From: a virus
DNA length: 44,311 nucleotides
Direction: 5' to 3' (one strand)
IMG/VR virus record: IMGVR_UViG_3300045988_112757
Part shown: positions 1 through 5,853 of the stretch, one piece after another
Numbering within the stretch: position 1 is the stretch's first letter
How the letters are laid out: every line of letters begins with the position of its first letter
The notes under the pieces: model-generated
Told to the model about the DNA's origin: nothing
What the model saw: only the letters and a program-made list of their open reading frames with translations
The model's database searches: none
Position numbers and translations under genes: made by a program

Positions 1-100
1 CGGGCGTTAATCGTCGAGGTTTCCCAGCTCCGGGCGTTAATCGTCGAGGTTTCCCGGCTCTCGGCGTTAATCGTCGAGGTTTCCCAGCTCTCGGCGTTGA
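1..100. repeat. 30-bp tandem repeat array, left portion (3 full units plus a partial); continues at 44211-44311
   Basis: Unit cgggcgttaatcgtcgaggtttcccagctc at 1-30, 31-60 and 61-90 (1-2 changes each), partial unit 91-100. Units are head-to-tail with no spacers. Confidence 0.95.
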
Positions 101-377
101 ATTCGCCTTCCGTAGTCAATAGGTAACCAACCCCTTCTTTAATTTCAACAGAAGTGTTGATCCATATTTTATGCTCGGCAAACTGTTCCCGATGCGCCAA
201 AAGAACATCGGCGAAATCCGCGAATTGGCAACACCATGAGAAATTATCTTTAACAACTGCCATAACCGCCTCGACGCTTTCAGCTGCATAAAGACGCTTA
301 TATCCATGTTGGCAGGCTGAATGATTCTTTCCGAAAGACAGAAGGCTGTCTTTTACTTTTTTGTAATTTGTTTCCAT
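1..377 (-). CDS. Decapeptide-repeat protein, 5' part of a gene that wraps the window ends (3' part at 44096-44311)
   Basis: ATG at 377, 18 nt after the LuxR-gene stop. The frame stays open for 125 codons to the window edge: METNYKKVKDSLLSFGKNHSACQHGYKRLYAAESVEAVMAVVKDNFSWCCQFADFADVLLAHREQFAEHKIWINTSVEIKEGVGYLLTTEGEF, then NAESWETSTI-type decapeptides. It is absent from the ORF track because no stop lies inside the window on this side. Confidence 0.75.
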   Translation of the reverse strand, partial: METNYKKVKDSLLSFGKNHSACQHGYKRLYAAESVEAVMAVVKDNFSWCCQFADFADVLLAHREQFAEHKIWINTSVEIKEGVGYLLTTEGEFNAESWETSTINAESRETSTINARSWETSTINA

Positions 378-394
378 ATTATTGTGTTGTTGGT

Positions 395-757
395 TTAGTT
401 CTCTACCGGCTCCTCCACCCGGAACCCGCGGCCCCGACGGGGACTGCGCAACATGCGACATTCGAAATCCGTACTGAACACCTCTACCGAGAACAGGCAC
501 AGCAGAACCGCGGCCCCGATGCGTCGGGTCATCTCGGACACGTTGAGCGTGATGCCGAAATTCTGCGTGAAATACCAGGTAACCAATGCCTGCAAGGTCC
601 GCTTCGTCCCCGTCTTGTCGTAGATGCTCTGGAGGTGGTTGGCTACGCATTGGTAGATCACGTTCATCCGATCTGCGATCTCGCGGGCCGAATAGCCCAA
701 TACGACGAGGTTCATCACCTCACGCTCGCGTTTGCTCAGTATGGCGTCAGTTTTCAT
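395..757 (-). CDS. LuxR/GerE-type HTH transcription regulator with a C-terminal transmembrane helix
   Basis: 120 aa. LSKREREVMNLVVLGYSAREIADRMNVIYQCVANHLQSIYDKTG matches the LuxR C-terminal HTH pattern. A hydrophobic segment RRIGAAVLLCLFSVEVF follows. Confidence 0.85.
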   Translation of the reverse strand: MKTDAILSKREREVMNLVVLGYSAREIADRMNVIYQCVANHLQSIYDKTGTKRTLQALVTWYFTQNFGITLNVSEMTRRIGAAVLLCLFSVEVFSTDFECRMLRSPRRGRGFRVEEPVEN

Positions 758-761
758 AGTC

Positions 762-1019
762 TTAGGCCAGCCCCCAGGGATCGGATACTCCCCATTTGGT
801 AAATATCTGTTCGATCTTCTCCCGCTCCGTGGGCGTATGGTTCACATAGCCATATTTGCGATTGTGGAACGCTTTGTCGCATAGGCCGCCTTCTTTCAAT
901 GCCTGGCTGATTTCATCCATAGCAATGCTGGCAAGGTCCCGCCCTTTTCTCCGGGCGCGGATGACGTTGTAACCTTTTACAAAGGCGCAACGCTCGATGT
1001 CTTCTTGTAAAGTATTCAT
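762..1019 (-). CDS. Hypothetical protein (85 aa)
   Basis: ORF in the same minus-strand operon. Its stop lies 5 nt upstream of the LuxR-gene start. Confidence 0.6.
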   Translation of the reverse strand: MNTLQEDIERCAFVKGYNVIRARRKGRDLASIAMDEISQALKEGGLCDKAFHNRKYGYVNHTPTEREKIEQIFTKWGVSDPWGLA

Positions 1020-1025
1020 TGTTAT

Positions 1026-1121
1026 TATTTGTCTAAAATTTCAAGTATCCGTTTAATACATTCCGCCTGCTCGTCGAGTAAGGCCGTCAAGCGGTCGGCC
1101 GTTTGGGTTATTTCGTTCATT
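1026..1121 (-). CDS. Small hypothetical protein (31 aa, MNEITQTADRLTALLDEQAECIKRILEILDK)
   Basis: ATG at 1121, 12 nt after the upstream stop. It fills the gap between flanking genes and is below the 60-aa cutoff of the ORF track. Confidence 0.4.
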
Positions 1122-1132
1122 TCCGTATCGTG

Positions 1133-1372
1133 TTAGTCCCCGTAATAGGTTCTGCTGTCTCCGTAGTAGTCGGCCGGGATTATCAGCGGGAGCGGATCGA
1201 GGGCGGGGCGTGTCGGCTCCTCCATCGGGCGGTTCTCAATTATCGCCGTCATCACCGAGATCTTCTCGTTGCGCCATGCTTTCTTCAGACAAGCCGAGAA
1301 AGTCATCGTCGGCTGTACCTTTTTCAGATACCATGCGTTCTTCATGATCTTCGATTTGTTGTAAGTTTTCAT
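1133..1372 (-). CDS. Hypothetical protein (79 aa), first gene of the leftward arm
   Basis: ORF directly downstream of the minus-strand promoter at 1449-1479. Confidence 0.6.
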   Translation of the reverse strand: MKTYNKSKIMKNAWYLKKVQPTMTFSACLKKAWRNEKISVMTAIIENRPMEEPTRPALDPLPLIIPADYYGDSRTYYGD

Positions 1373-1402
1373 GGCGTTTCAGTTTTTTTGTATATTTTTA
1401 CA

Positions 1403-1433
1403 TTTTAATAATCGGTAGGTAACTATACCTTTG
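1403..1433 (+). promoter_or_regulatory. Rightward promoter candidate (-7 box TACCTTTG at 1426-1433, weak -33 TTTT at 1403-1406)
   Basis: Matches the Bacteroides TAnnTTTG -7 consensus, 76 nt upstream of the 1509 start codon. Confidence 0.5.
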
Positions 1434-1448
1434 CCGTGTATCACAATG

Positions 1449-1479
1449 CAAATATAACCATTATTTGGTTAGCAACAAA
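1449..1479 (-). promoter_or_regulatory. Leftward promoter candidate (-7 TATATTTG at 1456-1449, -33 TTTG at 1479-1476, 19-nt spacer)
   Basis: Both consensus elements sit at consensus spacing on the minus strand. The predicted start site is near 1442, facing the rightward promoter. Confidence 0.55.
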
Positions 1480-1508
1480 CTTTTTAATGATTATTTTTTA
1501 GTCTTTTT

Positions 1509-1814
1509 ATGGTTATGGATGCCGAAAATACTGATATAGAAGTTATTGACTTCGAAAAAATTTTACGGGTCAAGGGTGTTTCTAAAACAGAATTGGCCGA
1601 CCGCCTTAATATTCCTCCCCAACATGTGGCGCGAACCCTTAGGCGACTTTCGAAAAACTTATCAGAAATTGATAACATTCTGAATCTGCTCGGAACCTCA
1701 CTAAAGGCCGAGGCCGCTGACGGTGCCGCTGGTGCCTCATTAGAGGCCTCCCAGCAGCGCACCATCGAGAACCTTTCCGAAACCATAAAAAACCTAACAT
1801 CAAAGAACCTGTAA
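1509..1814 (+). CDS. Small HTH DNA-binding protein (101 aa), first gene of the rightward arm
   Basis: GVSKTELADRLNIPPQHVARTL reads as a helix-turn-helix. The position next to the divergent control region fits a regulator. Confidence 0.75.
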   Translation: MVMDAENTDIEVIDFEKILRVKGVSKTELADRLNIPPQHVARTLRRLSKNLSEIDNILNLLGTSLKAEAADGAAGASLEASQQRTIENLSETIKNLTSKNL

Positions 1815-1818
1815 AACC

Positions 1819-2058
1819 ATGAAACAACTATCTACCGACAACATCAACGCCCGGATCACCGAGAAACTATCCGCTGAAATCTGCCCCGTCCACGGATGTC
1901 GTCCGACTATAGTTTGGGCTAACGGCAATCTGCAAATCGTCAACCCGTGCTGCGATGAATTTGCCGACGCCTTGCAAGAACAAGCTGCCGAAATTGCCCA
2001 AGAATCCGCCGCTGACGAGATCGCAAACCAATTAAACGACCTTTTCAAGTCATTCTAA
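1819..2058 (+). CDS. Hypothetical Cys-containing protein (79 aa)
   Basis: ORF 5 nt after the previous stop. Contains CPVHGC and CC motifs. Confidence 0.6.
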   Translation: MKQLSTDNINARITEKLSAEICPVHGCRPTIVWANGNLQIVNPCCDEFADALQEQAAEIAQESAADEIANQLNDLFKSF

Positions 2059-2292
2059 TTGCTTGCATACGACGGCCATTAACGGACTTACCTTGTTTCC
2101 GTCAGCCTTTTCGCGAGCTATTAGTTCGGCCATTTCTTCCAGCGTGTAGGCTGAAATGTAGTAGAATGTAAGCGTCAATTTCTTGTCGCCAATATTCTGT
2201 TGCTCTTGACGGAGGTCATTCCCCCATTCCTTGACCCGTTCCATCGTTTCCGCGAGGGTCGTTGTCGAATGTTTGCTTGCTTGTTTTTCCAT
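2050..2292 (-). CDS. Hypothetical protein (80 aa)
   Basis: ORF convergent with 1819..2058, overlapping it by 9 nt. No obvious promoter was seen. Confidence 0.5.
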   Translation of the reverse strand: MEKQASKHSTTTLAETMERVKEWGNDLRQEQQNIGDKKLTLTFYYISAYTLEEMAELIAREKADGNKVSPLMAVVCKQLE

Positions 2293-2323
2293 ATTTCAAA
2301 AAATTGACTTCAAAGAACTAATC

Positions 2324-2839
2324 ATGCAACCGTTAAGCCCGCGGGGCCAACTCGTTATCAGGTACGCCGATGCACTTATCAGGGACCGTAACGCCTACTT
2401 TGACGAGCTCGCCGTATGGAAATACCGCGTCCACTCCACTATGTTTGTTGCGTCGGCTACTATTCTGACTTTGGTTTGCTCATTAGGGCGGCCCATATCG
2501 GGCAATCCGGGTGGCATACATGCTTGCTATCCGGATTGTACATATTGGATAAGCATTGCGACAGTATTGCTGAACGGAATATGTCTGCTTGCTCTTTCGG
2601 CCGCTCTGTATCAAAATATTCGCGCCACAAGTCAGGTAATGCACAGAATCGAAGAACGATTTGATGACTTAAAAGAAACACTTTTGATTCCTGCCGACGA
2701 CGCTTTGATCGTTGACGGCGAATGCAAAATAATTTCACGCGTCGAAATATCGAGGTTCTTTTCGGTTTGTGAGATGGTTGCATATATTTCGTTTATATTA
2801 GTGGTTGTTGGGTTGATACTTCAGTATTGCTTTGCATAA
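2324..2839 (+). CDS. Integral membrane protein (171 aa, about 3 TM segments), unknown function
   Basis: First ATG of the track ORF 2231..2839, which begins at a TTG. Hydrophobic stretches: STMFVASATILTLVCSL, WISIATVLLNGICLLALSAAL and MVAYISFILVVVGLILQY. Confidence 0.7.
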   Translation: MQPLSPRGQLVIRYADALIRDRNAYFDELAVWKYRVHSTMFVASATILTLVCSLGRPISGNPGGIHACYPDCTYWISIATVLLNGICLLALSAALYQNIRATSQVMHRIEERFDDLKETLLIPADDALIVDGECKIISRVEISRFFSVCEMVAYISFILVVVGLILQYCFA

Positions 2840-2906
2840 ACCCTATTGGCACACTATTTCGCCCTTTCGGATTTGGTTGTTTCAATGTTTTTTATATATC
2901 TTTACA

Positions 2907-2968
2907 TTGTTTTGCGGCGTAGAACTCTTTACCTTTGCGGTGTAGTTCAATTCCACAATGCAAATATA
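2907..2968 (+). promoter_or_regulatory. Second copy of the control cassette: TTG (2907-2909), -7 TACCTTTG (2930-2937), shared 15-mer CACAATGCAAATATA (2954-2968)
   Basis: Same -7 box and an identical 15-mer as at 1426-1456. Flanking similarity extends over about 90 bp. Confidence 0.5.
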
Positions 2969-3059
2969 GATAAATATCTATTATAATATATTTATTTGGG
3001 GTAATTTTTAGATAATTATTCTTTATAGTATTTAGGAAAAATATAAAGCCATTGATTTA

Positions 3060-3470
3060 ATGACACTTAAAGAGCGCATAGAGGAATATTGCAAATATGC
3101 CAAAATACGAATTTCGGCATTTGAACGTCGTGCAGGTCTATCAAATGGCTATTTTAATCAAGTAAAAAAGGAGCCGAGCCCATCTAAATTATCTCAGATA
3201 GAAGAGGCATTTCCTGATTTAAATACGGATTGGATGTTGACTGAAAAAGGGTCAATGCTTAAAAATACCGACCAACCTGTCAGTCAAGGAGGAGAAGACG
3301 CAACACTTTCGGAAGCTGACTTAAATAATTCAAACACTATGAAGAAGTATTTAGACCAAGTCCTTCGACAAAACGAGGAACTAATCCGGCAAAACGGGGT
3401 ATTACTTGACTTGTTCCGAGAAGAGAGGGCTAAAAACAAGGGCGAAGTCGCCCTAAAAAAAGAGGGCTAA
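3060..3470 (+). CDS. XRE-like HTH regulator with a C-terminal coiled-coil tail (136 aa), repressor candidate
   Basis: ISAFERRAGLSNGYFNQVKK ... LSQIEEAFPDLNTDWMLTEKG resembles the N-terminal HTH of Bacteroidota phage repressor-type proteins. Confidence 0.8.
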   Translation: MTLKERIEEYCKYAKIRISAFERRAGLSNGYFNQVKKEPSPSKLSQIEEAFPDLNTDWMLTEKGSMLKNTDQPVSQGGEDATLSEADLNNSNTMKKYLDQVLRQNEELIRQNGVLLDLFREERAKNKGEVALKKEG

Positions 3471-3610
3471 AGGTGTTCTAATTAGACTAATGCCTACCGG
3501 AGGAGAGCCGGAACCGTATGCCAAAGCACACACATAATAGCACTAAACAAAAATGCCCCTCTCCGAGTATTCGGGGGGGGGCAAATTGTATAAACCAAAA
3601 ATTAAACACC

Positions 3611-4237
3611 ATGAAGAAACTTTTACTTACTATTTCTTTGGTTTTATTTGCGACCCCTATTTGGGCGCAAGTCGATAAAGAAGCTGATCAAAAACGATAC
3701 GGGAAAGGGCAAATGCCGTTCAATGAAAAAGGAGAGGTCGTCTTTTCCAGAATTGTCCATGAAGAGGGACACGATAAGAAGGCCCTATATAATGCCGCCA
3801 AATTATGTATAACGAATATATTCAATTCGGCAAAAGATGTTATTCAATTAGACGATCCCGAATCAGGGATTGTTATAGTAAAGGGATTTGCCGAAGAACC
3901 ATCAAGAGGATTGATGGGGACTGTACAGGATGCACAGGTATGGTTTTCCCTTAAAATTCAAACAAAAGACAATCGTTATAAAATTGACATATATCAAATA
4001 AAAGGTCATTATCCCGGAGGTGTTGTAAATAACATATACACAAATCCAATGGATTGGCCAGCAGAACAACTGACTTATGAGGCATGTTTTAAACCCAATG
4101 GTAAAATGAAAACAGCAAGAGAGGGGTTTTATCGTCGAGCTATCATAGACTGCTGCAATCGCTTACTAATTCAGATTCAGAAAGATATTCATAACAATTT
4201 AACCGCCAATTCTGATAACGATACAGAAGATTGGTAA
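3611..4237 (+). CDS. Secreted protein (208 aa), possibly DUF4468-like; moron
   Basis: Internal ATG of track ORF 3518..4237 gives the signal peptide MKKLLLTISLVLFATPIWAQ. The family assignment is from memory of the sequence pattern only. Confidence 0.75.
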   Translation: MKKLLLTISLVLFATPIWAQVDKEADQKRYGKGQMPFNEKGEVVFSRIVHEEGHDKKALYNAAKLCITNIFNSAKDVIQLDDPESGIVIVKGFAEEPSRGLMGTVQDAQVWFSLKIQTKDNRYKIDIYQIKGHYPGGVVNNIYTNPMDWPAEQLTYEACFKPNGKMKTAREGFYRRAIIDCCNRLLIQIQKDIHNNLTANSDNDTEDW

Positions 4238-4254
4238 CCCACCCTCCCCACTCC

Positions 4255-4281
4255 CGCCCCGACTTCTGCCGGGGCGTTTTT
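4255..4281 (+). terminator. Rho-independent terminator
   Basis: 7-bp stem CGCCCCG/CGGGGCG, 8-nt loop, then TTTTT. Confidence 0.75.
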
Positions 4282-4304
4282 ACCCAAAGTGTAGAATAAT
4301 TCAC

Positions 4305-4343
4305 TACCTTTGCGCGTTATTTGCACGGAAAATGTTATATTTG
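4305..4343 (+). promoter_or_regulatory. Tandem -7 boxes TACCTTTG (4305-4312) and TATATTTG (4336-4343)
   Basis: Both match TAnnTTTG upstream of the ATG at 4370. The -33 elements are weak. Confidence 0.45.
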
Positions 4344-4369
4344 TAACAAAGAACCACTACTACAACGAC

Positions 4370-4990
4370 ATGACAACGATAGAGATAATAGGAACGATTG
4401 TTACGACGGCAATAGCTGTCGGCGGTTCTATATGGGCTGTATTAGCTAAAATATTCAAGTTAGGCAAAGTTATGCAACACTTGGACGAGTTCGAAAATCG
4501 GGTAACATCCGATTTGGCGGCGATACAGAACAGATTGGATAAGTTGCCGTGTGCATATCACCATGACGATATTACGAAAATGAAATCCATCCTCATTCAG
4601 AAATACCCGACATCTGCGACGATATTCTCTATCAAGATGAGCCCCCGAAAACTGAATGACCTCGGGGCAAAACTATATGCCGACATTAACGGAGGCAAGT
4701 TCATCGCAAAGAATAAAAGCGCTTTATTTGAATTTATCACCAATTCAGCCCCGCGGGTTCCGCTCGATGTCGAGCAAGCCGCCCTGTTGGCTTGCACCTC
4801 CATGGTGAACACTCCGGCATTCAATGACATGAAGAACTATATATACAACGCTGCAACAATAGAGCTGCCGGACGGATACAAATATGACGTATCAATATCG
4901 GATGTATGCTTCGTGTTAAGTATCCCTTTGCGCGATATGTATCTGGAAGCACACCCGGAAATAAACACAAAGGATAACGATAACAAATAG
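4370..4990 (+). CDS. N-terminally membrane-anchored protein (206 aa), unknown function; moron
   Basis: First ATG of the track ORF, which starts at a TTG inside the promoter. TM segment IIGTIVTTAIAVGGSIWAVLAKI. Confidence 0.7.
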   Translation: MTTIEIIGTIVTTAIAVGGSIWAVLAKIFKLGKVMQHLDEFENRVTSDLAAIQNRLDKLPCAYHHDDITKMKSILIQKYPTSATIFSIKMSPRKLNDLGAKLYADINGGKFIAKNKSALFEFITNSAPRVPLDVEQAALLACTSMVNTPAFNDMKNYIYNAATIELPDGYKYDVSISDVCFVLSIPLRDMYLEAHPEINTKDNDNK

Positions 4991-5002
4991 CGATAACACC
5001 AA

Positions 5003-5137
5003 ACCCCATCGATCCCCTGGCCACAAGCCCGGGGATTTTTTGTACATATTGAACAATAAATCGCCCTGAAGCAGACTTACATCCTAAGAGAAACACAAAC
5101 ATTTTGAACAATTCACCCCATCAATCCCCTGGCCACA
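5003..5137. repeat. 23-nt direct repeat pair (5003-5025 and 5115-5137, 22/23 identical)
   Basis: accccatcgatcccctggccaca versus accccatcaatcccctggccaca. A second short repeat, ttgaacaat, lies at 5049-5057 and 5104-5112. Confidence 0.8.
5012..5041 (+). terminator. Rho-independent terminator
   Basis: Stem ATCCCCtGGC / GCCcGGGGAT (9 bp with one mismatch) followed by TTTTTT. Confidence 0.7.
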
Positions 5138-5166
5138 AAAAAATATGAAAATTTTTCGCCGAACTC

Positions 5167-5223
5167 TTGCATAATGTGCCGAGAGTTGGCTCCTTTGCAT
5201 CGTAAGGCTATGAAGATATAGCC
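5167..5223 (+). promoter_or_regulatory. Late promoter A (TTG 5167-5169, N20, CTCCTTTG 5190-5197) plus 5' hairpin (5206-5223)
   Basis: Part of a 71-nt block that is 51/71 identical to 18998-19068. Hairpin is GGCTAT-gaagat-ATAGCC. Confidence 0.55.
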
Positions 5224-5303
5224 CACGGACAAGACAAACGGTAGCATCCGCGAATCTTAACGACGAAAGGACACGTTGTTGGTAGTAGGTTTCCTGGGAA
5301 CGA

Positions 5304-5341
5304 GGGTCTGTGGCTATTCATCCGGCCGCAGACCCTTTTTT
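5304..5341 (+). terminator. Strong intrinsic terminator in the late-operon leader, 3 nt before the terS ATG
   Basis: 11-bp stem GGGTCTGTGGC/GCCGCAGACCC (one G-U pair), 10-nt loop, TTTTTT at 5336-5341. Confidence 0.8.
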
Positions 5342-5343
5342 CT

Positions 5344-5853
5344 ATGGCAAAGAGAACGGAAGGAATCAAGACGACAACCGACAGCAAGCCCACCCGTAAA
5401 GTGGGCCGCCCTCGTGCATATACCCCCGAAGCGCTTGAAGCCAAGTTTGAAGAGTATGTCGAATGGGTGAAAGCGAATCCGCGATACAGCAACAAGGTAT
5501 TGGCCGACGGTTCTATTATTCCCGTACCTTATGAACGCCCATTGACATTATCCGGCTTTGCGGTGTTCGCCGGAATCATCCCGGAAACATTCAGAGAATA
5601 CGAGAAGCTCGATGAGTTTTCCGTCGTGTGTGCACGCGTGCGCGCGCGAATCGAATCCGATCAGTTGGAGGGTGCTATGTGTGAGCAGTACAACCCGACG
5701 ATTGCGTCGCGTGTTCTGCATCTTGCCGACCGCCAGGACGTGACAACCAACGGCAAGGAGATAACGGCCGCAATACAGCCTATTTCCGTGGTCCTCGATC
5801 CCGAAGCTGCCAAGATCATCCAGTCCATCGGCAAAATGACAGTAAAGGAATGA
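5344..5853 (+). CDS. terS: Terminase small subunit
   Basis: 169 aa. N-terminal KVGRPRAYTPEALEAKFEEYVEW is the common small-terminase HTH pattern. It sits directly upstream of, and coupled to, the large subunit. Confidence 0.85.
   Translation: MAKRTEGIKTTTDSKPTRKVGRPRAYTPEALEAKFEEYVEWVKANPRYSNKVLADGSIIPVPYERPLTLSGFAVFAGIIPETFREYEKLDEFSVVCARVRARIESDQLEGAMCEQYNPTIASRVLHLADRQDVTTNGKEITAAIQPISVVLDPEAAKIIQSIGKMTVKE

Noticed and set aside
1-100. The 30-bp repeats as a CRISPR array
   Set aside because: The units are contiguous with no spacers, and they are in frame within a coding sequence.
116-307. 63-aa minus-strand ORF from the track
   Set aside because: It is an out-of-frame shadow. Another minus frame is open from ATG 377 through the left edge, reads as ordinary protein, and continues in phase at the right edge to a stop at 44096. 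The 63-aa product is basic and low-complexity.
368-802. 144-aa plus-strand ORF
   Set aside because: It is antisense to the clearly recognisable LuxR-type gene (395..757). It starts at a TTG and has a Pro/Arg/Gly-rich composition.
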